Of a stretch of DNA of 64,000 bases, positions 41,552-54,950 are shown one piece after another. The notes beneath the pieces are model-generated. The model did not search any database. It saw nothing but the letters and a program-made list of their open reading frames with translations, and had not been told where the DNA came from. Origin of the DNA: Cycas panzhihuaensis (taxonomy: Eukaryota > Plantae > Cycadophyta). Position numbers and translations under genes: made by a program. Where the stretch lies: positions 233,871,741 through 233,935,740 of the forward strand of contig CM041465.1 in NCBI GenBank assembly GCA_023213395.1, written 5' to 3'. Numbering within the stretch: position 1 is the stretch's first letter; each line of letters begins with the position of its first letter.

Positions 41552-44278
41552 CTCATCCTACTCTCGAGTAGGATAGACACACCCTTTCCTCTCACTCTGA
41601 AATGAGTTTAAACTACCACTCTAAGCACGTCATCATTTCTCCTAGCCATAGGTGAAATGGTAGTTTAGAGTAGATCTCCATATTTCTAATTATTTTTACT
41701 TACATTGCATCCCTTGTTTCCCCCCAATCGAGACCTCTCCTTTCCTAGTTGGGTAAGCAAACTTCCTTCGCTTTTGAGCATAGAATCGCTTCCCAACTAG
41801 GGCCTTTTGCTTGAGTATCTATACTCCCCTTGTCATTGCTTCCTTTTCATATCCATTATGCTCCCCCAATGGACATACATAGTTCCTCTTCCTACCCTCA
41901 TATGTATTCATCATTGATACGTATGGTGATCATGTGTGCCTTCTATGAGTGTGGCATCATATGAAAGGAAGCTGGAGTATCATCTGCATATGATCTAATA
42001 ATAAAAATTATACATATCAATCAACTAAAACCAACATAATGCATAACCCCTTATGCACTCGTGCATGCATATCCATATGCATACACCTATCTCTTTATGC
42101 ATCATATAAATAAACAAATAATACAACAAAATAACAACATTATAAATCTATCATAGCATCATCATCATAGGTCAAATGGGGTGCCAATTGGCCCCTATCT
42201 ATATATATACAAATGATATGGTATAACAGATTATATAGTACATTATCATCTAGGCATCATACCTCAGGAAGTTGGAATCCTTACAGGGAGGAGTACAATT
42301 ATGTGTCTATATATGGTGAGCACTCCCTGAAGGTCTAATGCTTTTCTACCCAAAATGAATAGTATACCTCGACACCCTGCCCTTAAGGGGATTTGTCCCC
42401 TCATCTACGGGATCCCTCACCAGGGGACCACATATCTCCCAGGCTCTTGCATCGTCACTACAAGCTCCCTACCTTGCTCTCCTCATCCTGAGGCCTCCTC
42501 TGGGTCATCGTGATAGTATGCATATGTGACCTGCTGTGTGATGACCTAGTGGTGATCTGCTCCACTAGCTGATCATATCTCACTTAGATACGATCCCTCT
42601 CCCTCTCTGCTCCTCAAAGCCTCTCCTCTAACATGGTGATCTGGATCCTATTCTCTACATCCCTGCCTGTTTCTCCTCCTCCCTAAGCCTCCAGTACTTA
42701 GATCTGTCCCTACAAGGTGTCTCTCTCTGTCGCCAGTTGATCCCTCTCCACTCGAGTCTATTTAGTGTACCCTATAGTTGTCCTACCCTTTCCTGGAGCT
42801 CCTAGGACTCTACCACCCATATATCTCTAACTTTGATCAATGGGATGAATGCTGATGTGTGTGGCCCGGTCTATTGTGGCTCCTCGCTAGCTAGAATAGG
42901 AGGCTATCCCTCTGCATAAACTTGGGGGAATAGCTCACAAACTACCACCTCCAGTAGCCTTATCATCTCTGCTACCCTTGCCAAACCATATATACCATGT
43001 GTCAATCTAATGTATATACATATAAAAGCATCAAAAATCTAAATAAAATAATCTAATCAATCAATGATCAAAAGGACGTTGAGTCAGGGTAGAATCTCAC
43101 CTCTTGGGATGGTTGGCTTCTCAACTTTGATGATCACCTCCTTTGCAATAGTTGCCTCTATTGCTACCTCCATCTCATCGACCTCTAGCACTATATTGCC
43201 CACCACTTGGGCTATTGGGTTATGTCCTACCTCTAATCCCTTCTCTTTAGGGACCCCTCTATCTACGGTAGCTATCGCCACCTTTATTATTGCTACCACT
43301 TCTGCTAGAGCTCCACCAGTAACTCCCTCTCTACCTCCTGGTCTTGGTGGTGCCCTATCTCCTTCTATAGGTACCAATGGGCCTACCTCACCTCCTACAA
43401 CTCCTGATGGACCTGCCCCATCACCTCTACCCTTATTGGGCTCATCCCTTAGCTCTCCTACTACATTGTCACTCTCTTAGTGGATCACTCTACATGGATC
43501 CACTGTGAAATCTGCTAAAGTGAGTAAGTTAAGTGATGTCACTACCACTGACTTCTATACATGGACCTAGTCCTCAATCCTTCTAAACCTCATCGGCCAT
43601 CTATGGACCATAGGTGCCCTAGTCGAGACGGGGTGTGGCCCTCCTAGTGGTGCCACCACTTTGAAGTATTCAAAAAACTAGTAATGTAATAGAGTGCAGT
43701 AAGATAATCCTCCTCTACTAGCCACCTAAATCTAATCTAACTATGTTGTTATGTTGGTTGCTATCAGGATAGCCCAGTCAAACATCTCTTTAGCCTCACA
43801 CCTATAGATAGTAGCCATCCATCCTCTTGGTATATCCCTGTAGTTTAATTTCCAAGAGATCCATAATAGAATGGCCAGTGTGATGAGTTTCTATACCTAA
43901 GGAACTCTAGATAAAACCACACCCTAGACTAACACTCCTCGTCAATCCCACCTACCCTGTCCTGTAAAATATCTAGCTACCTCCTGGTAGGCAGCATCTG
44001 TGCTGGGAAATGTGCCCAATGATGTCAATGTACCTCCTGCTAATATACCTAATATCCCCAGGTGTGATCGTGATATCTCCCACCTATTGGAGGCAGAATA
44101 CGTGTCTCTGTCTATCCTAGTAGGAGACGATGTCGACTAAGAGATGCTGGTCAGATGCATACTAGGGTGTCCTAATGACCTTGAGGAGCTTATAGCATCG
44201 CAGGGTCATCCTCTCCTACTACATTATCATCTTAATAAACCTCATCATGGCTATACCTATGTTCTCATAGTTGTCAAC

Positions 44279-44916
44279 TATTGGGTATTGTGACAACAAT
44301 TATAGGCCTAAAATTATGGCTCGTTTTTGGCGCGGTTTCCCCCTTAATCTTTCTCAGGGGGTTCTAAGGGGGGCGTGAGCCCCCCTTGGCCGTCAAGTGC
44401 GGGTGTGAACGCCCATAGGGAGGGGTTCGGGGGCGATAGCCCCTGACCCAAAAATTTGACCATGTAAACCTTATTAAAGTGTAAAGAGAATCAGGGTCGT
44501 ACAATGAAAATACCATAGATTCTATGGTTGAGATTTTAGGTCTTGGATGTCCTCTCATGTAGCCCGTTTTAGGGCTTTTCTTATTATGTTGTAATGTTAT
44601 GCAATGTACTGTGAAGAGGACAGCGGCTAGTTGTTGTTCCAGAGAGCACTCTGTATCTGTGATGTACTATTTTCTCCATTCTGCAGTAATAAAGATCACT
44701 ACATTTCCTGTGTGGATGTTTCCCTAGCACACTGCTAAGGTTTTACCACATTATATTGGGTGCACATGTGATGTTTAGCTTTCATTGTCTTGTTACTGTA
44801 TAATCTCTAGTTTTAAGAACTTGCATGTAATTTGTATGTTTCATTTATGTAACTAGTTGTAAGAAAGTAATAGATCTTGGTGGCTGTTGGAGGGTTGGAC
44901 CTTTCTATTCTCAACA
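44279..44916 (+). repeat. Copia 5' LTR (638 bp)
   Basis: TA(TG)TTGGGTATTG...TCTCAACA. Confidence 0.93.
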
Positions 44917-44990
44917 AGTGGTATCATAGCCACTCTTTTTCTTGCAGCGAGTTTGTGAAGGTTTTTTGATGTTGGCTTTTCTACACCAAA

Positions 44991-47900
44991 ATGGCGAAAC
45001 TGGCGAGTGCAAAGTTCGAGGTGGAGAAATTCAATGGCAAGAATAACTTCGAGTTGTGGAAGCTAAAAGCGTACGATATTCTTGTACAGCAGGGTTTGTA
45101 CAAAGCCCTTGCAGGAAAATCGAAGAAACCCACGGGAATGGACGATGATGAATGGGATGATTTAGACAAAAAGGCACTTAGCACAATACGATTGTGCTTG
45201 GCAGATGAAGTTTTGTTTAACATCGCAGGGGAGCAGACAGCAGCAGGATTATGGACCCGGTTGGAAGGCCTGTATATGACCAAATCAGTAACAAACTGAA
45301 TCTACCTGAAGAGGCAACTGTACTCATTACGGATGAAGGAAGGTACAAAGATTGCTGACCATTTAAATATTTTCAATACTCTTATTTGTCAATTGGCTAG
45401 TATTGATGTTAAAATTGAGAATGAAGACAAGGCAGTTACCCTATTATGCTCATTACCTGAATCCTAGGATAATATTGTCACCTCAATCAATTTTAGCACT
45501 ACAGATGAATTGGAATATGACTTTGTTGTGAGTGCTTTGCTAATAGAAGAAGTGTGGAGGAAGTCTAGTCTTGAAACCTCCACACCAGAATCCATGACAG
45601 TAAGGGGTAGAACGTTTGAGAGAGGACAAAACTCCAGGGATACATCGAGATCTAAGTCAAAGAGCAAAAAGAGTAAGCTCAGGTGTTGGCATTGTAATAA
45701 GACCGGTCACCTTAAGAAGGATTGTTACAAAAGGAAGGAGTTCCAGAAAAAGGAAGATCCTGCCAAGGAGGCAAATCAGGTGGAGTCAAATAAAGGTATG
45801 GATGATGATGTCTTAGTTGCTTGTAATGTTTCTCATTATCACCATGACTGGTTATTAGATTCTGGTGCTTCGCACCACATGTGTCCACATAGGAGTTGGT
45901 TTTTATCATACCAACCTTTTGATGGTGGTGATGTGCTTATGGGAAACAAAGTTTCTTATAAGACAGTGGGCATTGGTAGCATCAGAATTAAGATATTCGA
46001 TGGGGTAGTCAGAACATTAACTGAGGTTAGACATATACCTGATTTGAAAAGGAACCTAATTTCCTTGGGTGAATTAGATTCGAGTGGTTTTAAGCATACA
46101 GGTCATGAAGGAGTCCTAAAGGTGTCAAAGGGCACCTTGGTTGTTATGAAAGCCTTAAACAGAGGAAATCTTTATATTTTAGTGGGAAGTATAGATGTCG
46201 ACCACAAAGATCAAAGACTACAAAGATCCCTTTCACTATGGCATCAAAGACTTGGGCACATGAGTGAGAAAGGACTTAAGGTGCTGATAAACTATAAGTT
46301 ACTTCCTAACTTGCAGCTTTCAGATTTGGCTTTCTGTAAACATTGTGTTTCTGGAAAGTAGTGTAGACTCAGGTTTAAAGTAGGGAGTCACACTAGTAAA
46401 GGCATTCTGGATTACATACATTTAGATGTATGGGGACCAGCCCCTAAAATATCTTGTGGAGGATCATTGTATTTTGTCACATTTATACATGATTACTTCA
46501 AGAAGGTATGGGTCTATTTTTTGAAAAGGAAATCTGAAGTTTTTAGTGTCTTTAAGCAGTTCAAGGCTTTAGTTGAGAACAAGATCTTGGTAAGATAATC
46601 AAATGTTTAAGAACTGACAATGGAGGTGAGTTCAACTCCTTGGAATCTGAGAACTATTGCAGAGAAGCTGGGATCCAAAGACACAAGACCACTAGCTATA
46701 CTCCACAGCAAAATGGCATTGCTGAGCGCATGAATAGGACACTCCTAGAAAGAGCAAGAAGCATGCTAAGTAATGTAGGAGTGGAGGCGGGGCTTATGGG
46801 CGTGTCCAAACAGCTTGCTATCTAGTAAACAGGTCACCATCAGTTGCAATAGATTGTAAGATTCCTAAAGAGGTATGGACTGGACATCTGTGTGATTATT
46901 CAAATTTAAAAGTTTTTGGTTGTGATGCTTATGCCTAGACTAATAAAAGTAAATGTTCAAAGTTAGACCCAAAATCCAAGAGATATATCTTTGTTGGTTA
47001 TGGTGATAAGGATGGTGTGAAGGGATACAGGTTATGGGATCCTCACACAAAATCACCATTGAGAGATGTCATATTTGATGAATCTCCTTGTAAAATCGAC
47101 GAGATAGAAACTGAAATGAAATAGGAGTAGTAAGATGAACATCAACAAGTTAAGTTTGAAATGCAGCCATCTGTGGAATCAGAAGAGCATGAAGATCTTT
47201 CTGAAGATGAATCAGCAACAGATTCATAGGAGTATGTGGATACTCCTCTACCAACAGTCAGAAGATCTATATGAATCAGTCATCCACCTGACAGGTACAA
47301 CCCTTCTATTTCTATTGCTTTAGTTTCTAATGATGGTGAGCCCACATGTTATCAGGCGATAGATGATATCCATGGAGAGAAGTGGATAAGGGCTATGTAG
47401 GAAGAGATAGATGCCTTGAAGAAGAATCATTCATGGGACTTGGTAGAACTTCCACATGGTAGGAAGACTGTTGGTTGCAGGTGGGTTTTCAAAAAGAAAA
47501 TGGATGTTGATGGAAAGGTTGATAAATATAGGGCACGACTGGTGGCAAAAGGCTTTGCTCAAAAAGTAGGTATTGACTTTCATGAGATCTTTTTACCAGT
47601 TGTTAAACTTGTTTCAATTCGAGTGCGATTAACATTAGTAGCTTCTCTCAATTTGGAGTTGGAGCAGTTAGATGTAAAAACAACTTTTCTACACAAAGAT
47701 TTAGATGAGGAGATATATATGGATCAACCAGAGGGGTTTGTACAAGATGGCAGGAAAAGACTTGTTTGCAGGCTCAGGAAATCATTGTATGGCCTGAAGC
47801 AATCATCCAGGTAGTGGTACAAGAAGTTTGATGCCTTCATGGAGAGCCAAAATTTTAAAAGAAGTGAGTATGATCATTGTGTTTACTTCAAATTTATAGA

Positions 47901-48882
47901 CAATGGCTTATTCATTATCTTGGTGTTATATGTTGATGACATGCTGGTTGCAAGCAAGAGCATGGTAGAAATCAACAAGCTAAAGGCTCAATTGGCTAGG
48001 ACTTTTGATATGAAGGATCTAGGAGCTGCAAAATAAATCTTAAGCATGGAAATACGCAGAGACAGGAAAAGTGGTAAGCTATGGTTATCACAGCAGAAAT
48101 ATGTGGAGAAGGTGCTAACCAGGCTTGGGATGGCAAATGTGAAACCAGTGAGTATCCCTTTGGCTTCCCACTTCAAGCTTTCATCTAATATGAGTCCTAG
48201 TAATGAAGAAGAAAAGGCTTATATGTCTTGTGTGCCTTATGCCAGTGCAGTAGGAAGTTTAATGTATGCCATGGTATATACAAGACCTAATATTTCACAT
48301 GCAGTCGGTGTAGTTAGAAGGTTTATGGCAAAACCAGGAAAGGAGCATTGGAAATGCGGTGAAATGGGTGCTTCGGTATTTGAGAGGCACTAGTGATTCT
48401 TGCATCACCTTTGGAGTCTGAAATCGGTTTGTGGATATGTCGATTGATTTTGAAGGAGATTTAGACAAAGAAGGTCTACTTGAGTTATGTTTTCACTCTT
48501 GCAAATGGTCCAGATTAGTTGGATGTCCAAATTGCGAGCACAATTGCAATTAACCACGGAAGGCGAATATGTTGTCTTTGCTGCAGCACATGCTTGTAAA
48601 GAAGCAATCTGGTTACAGGGTCTATTGGTTGAACTTGGAAGGAGACAGGAAAATGTAAAGGTATTTTGTGACAGTCAAAGTGCTATTTACCTAGCCAAGA
48701 ATCCAGCTTATCATAGTAGAACAAAGCATATTGCTCTAAAGTACCATTTTATTAGACAGGTTGTGGAAGCAGGTGGAGTGGCACTTGAGAAGATTCACAC
48801 CAATCAGAATTGTGCTGATATATTCACTAAACCAGTACCATTAGAGAAGTTCAAATGGTGTTTGACTTCTCTTAGCTTATAG
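44991..48882 (+). pseudogene. gag-pol: Copia gag-pol pseudogene
   Basis: KFEVEKFNGKNNFELWK; zinc knuckle CWHCNKTGHLKKDC; WLLDSGASHHM; LWHQRLGHMS; TPQQNGIAERMNRTL; YVDDML; HSRTKHI..ADIFTK; stops (e.g. TGA 45298) and frameshifts. Confidence 0.95.
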
Positions 48883-48938
48883 AAAAGATGATGAAGGATC
48901 CAGGAAAGGTAGCGGGTAATTGTTGTCAAGGTAGAGAT

Positions 48939-49568
48939 TGTTGGGTATTGTGACAACAATTATAGGCCTAAAATTATGGCTTTGTTTTGGTGATTTCCCC
49001 CTAATCTTTCTCGGGGAGGTTCCAGTGGAGCCCCCTTGGCCGAGGTGTGGGGTGTGGGCAGCCCCGCTAGGAGGGGGTTCAGGGGCGATAGCCCCCGACC
49101 CGAAAAATTGACCATGTAAACCTTATTAAAGTGTAAAGAGAATCAGGGTTGTACAATGAAAATACCCTAGATTCTACGATTGAGATTTTAGGTCTTGGAT
49201 GTCCTCTCATGTAGCCCATTTTAGGGCTTTTCTTATTATGTTGTAATGTTATGCAATGTACTGTGAAGAGGGCGGTGGCTGGTTGTTGTTCCAGAGAGCA
49301 CTCTGTATCTGTGATGTACTATTTTCTCCACTCTATAGTAATAGAGATCGCTACCTTTCCTGTGTGGATGTTTCCCTATCACACTGCTAGGGTTTTACCA
49401 CGTTATATTGGGTGCACATATGATGTTTGGCTTTCATTGTCTTGTTACTGTATAATCTCTAGTTTGAAGAACTTGCATGTAATTTGTATGTTTCATTTCT
49501 GTAACTAGTTGTAAGAAAGTAATAAATCTTGGTGGCTGTTAGAGGGTTGGACCTTTCTATTCTCAACA
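48939..49568 (+). repeat. Copia 3' LTR (630 bp)
   Basis: TGTTGGGTATTG...TCTCAACA followed by the TSD. Confidence 0.93.
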
Positions 49569-50838
49569 TCAACTATGATAACAACCTACAAACAACTAAG
49601 AAATTAGTTAGAAAACTCTCTAAACTACCCTGCTACATGTTATACTCCCCTCTGGATGGCACGTGCTCCATCAGATTGAGCAAGCCCATCCATCAGGCTT
49701 CCTTTCCTCTTTTTTCTATTATCTATCCTCCAACCTATGTCAAAATCTATGGTATCATAGATATTAATGTGGGTCCTACTGAGAAAATTTGATTTTCTTG
49801 CTAGCCCTACTATAAACTTCATGGCACCATGATCTTTACAGCAAGGCCATGATTTACCCTCTAAAAATGGGGGGTGTGCCTTGAAAATCCTAAACGTTTA
49901 TTTAAGTGGACCTAAACTTGGTCCACTAGGACTAGGGTTGCCTGGTGCCCTAGTCCTCCCCCTCCTTGGGCCTCGTTCGAGCTCCAAGGGGTCTTAGTTC
50001 ACCCTTAAGAGGCCCAAAATAAGACACTAAATCACAAAAAATCCATAAAATAAATGTGACAAAATGGACAGGCTAAGGGATGATCCACTCACTGGGCCTA
50101 GCCTGATCATTGTCATCATGTCATTGCGATCTTGTCAGTTTTCTCTACACCTCAATCCAATGGTTGGATCTCCTGCTAGGTGCTCTTGAATCCTAGTAAA
50201 GCCTCATTGCATAAAGGGGAGGGCTCCAGATCGAGTGTGGGGCCTGTGAAAATGAACTCCATTTTCACCCTTCTTCCCTTTATATATGCAAGGGCCTCAA
50301 GAGTACCTTCTCCTTTTCCTTTGCCATGATAGCCCTCGAGACTGTCTCCTTGCCATTATTCACTTTGTCTTTAGGACCCATCCCCTGTTTCGCTCATGTA
50401 GCCTCCATTTTGAGCTCTTTTTGTGCATTTATGATGACCCTGAAGGCCCCTTCTATCTCATTTTTTGTGCCACCCCAAAACATATCCATTTTTATACTCC
50501 TTTGACTCATTTCAGCATCTTGAGTCCATTTTTGCTATCTGTTTGAGCCTTTGAGGCTCCTAGGGGGAGTGTGTCCTCCCTCCCAAGCCTTTGTTAGCCT
50601 ACTTGCAACCCCTAGGAGCCCAGGAATGGATTTCTTGCTATCTTTTCTCCTTCTTTTCATCAGGTAGGCCTCCCTCAAGCCTGGTAGCCTCCTTCTAGGG
50701 CTCTCCTATCCTCTCATGATCCATATTTGTAGCCTTCCAAGCTGTTGTAACCCCATCACTACCCCTTTTTCTCTTTATATTTTTACCTCACCATCACTAT
50801 TTCCCTTATTGTTTAATGTGAACCCTATTCTTTTCACC

Positions 50839-51261
50839 ATGGTACTACTTATCTTCACTAACGAAGGAAGTTGTAGTAATCTAGGACCTTCTACTACCAT
50901 ATGGATCCTCTATGACCCCTCCAGATATAACTATATGTATTCCAGAATCTTTCTCCCTGAGGCCATAAATAATAAAGCTAAATACATAGCCATTATTGAG
51001 GCCCTTACCAATGCACTTCACTTTTACCATGGTCCCATCATCCTCTTTTGTAACTCTCAGATTGTCAGGTTGCAACTAACCTAAGTTTACCAGGTGCATT
51101 GTCTACGATTGAGAGCCCTCGCTTCAACGACTAGATCCTTATTAGCTCACTTCCCCTCCATGGATGTTTAGCATATCCCCTGAGACTTAAATGCTGAGAT
51201 AGATGGCCTTATCTGTCGCATCCTTGAGCATCATATCTCCCTCTTGGATGGCCCTTCCTAG
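50839..51261 (+). pseudogene. Additional archaeal-type RNase HI (aRH) ORF, 3' of integrase
   Basis: MVLLIFTNEGSCSNLGPS...INNKAKYIAIIEAL..ILFCNSQIVRLQL..YQV..HIP*DLNAEIDGL matches RNase HI motifs FTDGS.GNPGP/TNNQAEY/GDSQLV/HIPRE.N..AD; three internal stops. Confidence 0.8.
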
Positions 51262-51753
51262 GTAGCCTAATGGGTCACGTAACCACCTAGGCTCTAAGAT
51301 CGTCCCTTCTCTATTTGCGATTTCTTCACTCCTATGAAAGTAGGCCACCGATGAGGTTAAACTATGGTGACTACTAGGTTTGTTTCTCTACCTTGTCCTT
51401 CATGCCACCAGTGGCATGAGGTTCTCACACTCTGACTGTCTACATGTATATATATCTTGCTTATATTTGCTTGTCGATTATGCTTATGACCTTGCACATT
51501 ACTCATCTTACATAGGTGTGATGGAGGTACCCCCCCTCATCCCCTCATTCTTCTATACTAAATTCTAGGGTGATGCATAGGCAACCCCTATGCCACTCCT
51601 CCTTCCTTATCCATATAATCTGCCATGACACTTGCCACTTTTCTTGGATGATGATACCTTTTTATATTAGTATACAATACTAATCTTTGTGTTAACAACA
51701 TTCTCTATTGCCAGATACTTTTGAGTAGCAAGGCTCTATTGCCAAGGGGGCAG

Positions 51754-54700
51754 CGTTTCCTAGGTATGAGGAATGGATATGGATGATACCTTTTAGGTAG
51801 GCATAGGTATATCTCTAATCTTTCTCCTTATTTATTTTAGGATATCATGAGATGTTTTAGTAGATGCATTCTGCATGGTATTATTGCTTGCAAGGTTGAT
51901 ATACTTGGATTGCTTGCTCTTTTATGCCTATGACTATCATTTCACCCTATGACAACTTTGGACAAATGTCCTATAGCATTATACAACCCTCCATCACACC
52001 TCCTTAGCATTTTTTAGTACTCCTGGGCTCCCACAACCCAATTTTGATTGTGTTTTGGAATTACATTATCCCTAACACCTTATTTTAGGCCTACTCATCC
52101 TTACACTTACCAATTGTCCCTCGTTGGGGCCTTATTACCACCCTTTTCATATTTAGCAAGGTCCTACAAATGCCTAAGGGTCTCCTAGATGCCTTACTAG
52201 TCTATCTCATTGCTCTGTTAGGGCCTAGGACCCTTCCTTTGAGGGCCTCTTAGGCCTTCCTTTATTTTTCTCCTTTATTTTATTCGCATCATGGCATTGT
52301 TTATGGTATTGTGGTAAACTTTATGGGACCGTGAAGTTTGTCGTAGGGTGACTATCCATAAGCATCTGTAGCCTAGTAATGGCTAGTTTCACATTTATTC
52401 TAAAACTAACATATGGAAGGATGCTATCTCCCACCCAGAGCAAACCTCAATTGCTCAATAGACTCAATTTGGGTATAAAAACCTAATTTCAAACTCATTT
52501 TGTCTCTCTTAGCTCCCTTGAGAAAGGAAAAAAATGCCTCTAACTTGAATATTCTACTCTTTCCTTCTACCTTCCTCTTCCCTTAGGGTAAAACCCTAAG
52601 TTACAAGTCTATAGTAGCTCATTTTCAATAGGTTTCCTTCCTCAAGCGCTCACTCTAGCTGCCACATCAAGTTTTTGCAGGTTTCTCACCCTTCTTTTGC
52701 TACCAAGTGGAGCTTTTCTCTACCTAGCGAGAGGGATCCTTCTCCCTCCATTGGTCCATGAGGTAATATCTATCTCAAGTTAGTTTTAATAGTTGTTTTA
52801 GATTTATACTTTACTATTCTTTCTTTTGGTGAGTACTTTCCTTTATTTACCAAAAATTTTACCTATATACCTATTTCCTTGGGCTATTTGGAAGGAAGGT
52901 AAACCCTTCCTTCCCCTTTGTTCATCCCTAAAACACCTATTTAGACATAAGCAGGTGGACCATGGGAACTTATAGAAAGGGAGAAGAGGAGCCTAAGGCT
53001 GGGGTTTTGACCCTCAAAGCTATATTTTCCAGGGTAGGCCCCTACCTTTCTCATTTCTCCTATGCCATATCCACCATGTACACCTAGAAAACCCTTGGGT
53101 GAAGGCTACTATTGGTTGTAGCATTTGTAGCCACTTGCAACCAACCTTTACACACATCATTTAGTAGTAGATATTCTAGTGAATCTTGTTGTTTATGAGA
53201 TTCTTGTCCTATTTTATAAATATTACAAAGGTTGCAATATTACAACTTTTGCATCATTTGTAGTTTTTACAGCTTTTATAACTTTTGTCCTTGAGAGCCA
53301 TACCATCTTCCTTGTTTACCTAAAGTTGAAAACCCTTTCTTAATTTTCTATTTAGAGTACTTGAGAATGTGGAGGTGTCCTTTTTGGAGGAGCTAGCCAT
53401 TCCAAGGCTCTCCTTTCTCACTCTCTTAATCCCCTCTTTCCCTCTAAAATATTATTTAAAAACTTTGAATGCATATTGAAAAAGGATTGAGAAGCATTTC
53501 TTTTTCTTTAAAGTAGAAAGTAAGCTTGGGATTTCCTTTTGAAAAATATATGCACACACACATCTCTATTTGCTTTCATGCATTCATATAATCTTTTGTT
53601 GAAAGAATCGGTCTATGAGGCAGCTTCATTTCCTTTGAGCAAACTGGAATCACGATAAAAGGTATATGTATTTTGTTTCCATTTGTTTCTCTTGAAAGCT
53701 TTCTTTGCAACGTTTATATTCTTTTCGCATAAATATTCCAGGGAAGGTAAGGAAGCCCCACCAATGCTTTGTCTATAATGCCAACCATGGTAAGGAGTGC
53801 GAGATGACTGGTGAAGTGATTACAATGAAGTGAGGAAGGCACACTTCACCGACCGACTTGGTTCTAGGTGCACTCTCTCCAACTTCTCTTCTTCCTTTAT
53901 TATTTTCCCCCCTTTCTCCAAAAATAAAAAGAAAGTTGCATTCCACCTCGCTTGTAATCATTTACTTGGCACTTATTTAGAGGGAAAGTTATCCATTGCA
54001 TTGGTATGCACCAACCTCGCTCCCCTTTTCTCCTTGTTGCATGAGCAGTAAATGGGGTAGTTTGGGTTAATACATTACTCATATTGTATCTCCAAAGAAA
54101 AGTAACAAAAGAGGTTCCTTTCCCTTATTACATCTCCTTCTTGCATACTCTTTGCACTCTTAATGGTGGGAACATAAGGGGAACTTAGGCTTTTTAATAG
54201 TTGCTTTTTCCTCCCATGCATTATTGAAATGAATTGCATTAGTCATCACACTCTCTTCTCCCTTTGCATTCACTCCTTCCCTTATTTCCTTATCCTCTTG
54301 TTTGTAAAAGTAAAGGAGAGAGAGAAAAAAAGAGAGGAAAAGAAGAGAGTTTCTTTTGAATTGCATGTACTTAGTGACAATAATACTTTGTATTGTTATA
54401 TTATTTTTTTTTTAACAAAACAAAGACATCTTCTAGAACTCTTAACACACTTAGTCACTTGTCTGTTTCACATAAACCCTAGAGGCATCCCTTTAGGTAA
54501 CTCTTTGTAAGGCACCCTATTTGCCTTGACCTTCTTAAGGTTTGGTTCTCCTACACCTAACCCCAGTTTTTATATCTTTTCCACTTACTATCCCTCTCTC
54601 GTTCCTTATGGTCCCATTTCCTATTGGGGTTTGCCTCCTCTTTTCCCTTCCTTCAAGGAAAAGCACTTCAGTCTTCTTTCTCCTTCCTTCACCCATCAGG

Positions 54701-54950
54701 ATAGGAGAGTCCCCCTTGAGGCTACTTAGTAAACCGAGGATGCCTTTGCCCATTTTGAATTCGAGAAGGTACCTATTGAAAGGGAGGATCTTGTGCACTA
54801 TTTGTGGGTCTTTGAACCTGAGTTCCAATGCACAAATGCCCTTTGTGGGTGACCTATCCCCCCACTCTCAAGGATCTTTAAGCCCCTTATTTAGTGATAG
54901 TGTAGGCTTGATCCCCTTATATTTAGTGACCTCCAAGAGGTGTGCTTCCA
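51754..54950 (+). repeat. Tat 3' LTR (3197 bp)
   Basis: CGTTTCC...GTGCTTCCA after the PPT. Confidence 0.92.

Larger units (their letters stand above)
44279..49568 (+). mobile_element. Full-length Ty1/copia element (Tork/Tnt1-like)
   Basis: LTRs 44279-44916 and 48939-49568; exact TSD TCAAC; PBS TGGTATCATAGC 44919-44930; PPT AAGGTAGAGA before 48939. Confidence 0.95.
42330..49830 (-). pseudogene. Antisense extra ORF with plant mobile domain (aminotransferase-like, PMD), interrupted by the copia at 44279-49568
   Basis: Minus frame 44050-44146 HLLVDIVSY*DRQRHVFCLQ*VGDITITPGDI (cf. W....HTFHL..GE.TITLEDV); FDWAILIA ~43765; acidic/Pro-rich and coiled-coil C-terminus; N-terminal piece at 49574-49830. 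Confidence 0.65.
31418..54950 (+). mobile_element. Full-length decayed Ty3/gypsy Tat element, TatII-type architecture
   Basis: Paired ~3.2-kb LTRs, tRNA-Arg-type PBS, gag-PR-RT-RH-INT, 3' aRH, PPT AAGGGGGCAG; degenerate TSD CCAAG/TGAAG with host-LTR continuity across the junctions. Confidence 0.93.

Noticed and set aside
43064-43480. 138-aa Pro/Ser/Thr-rich plus-strand ORF
   Set aside because: Antisense shadow of the low-complexity part of the minus-strand PMD ORF.
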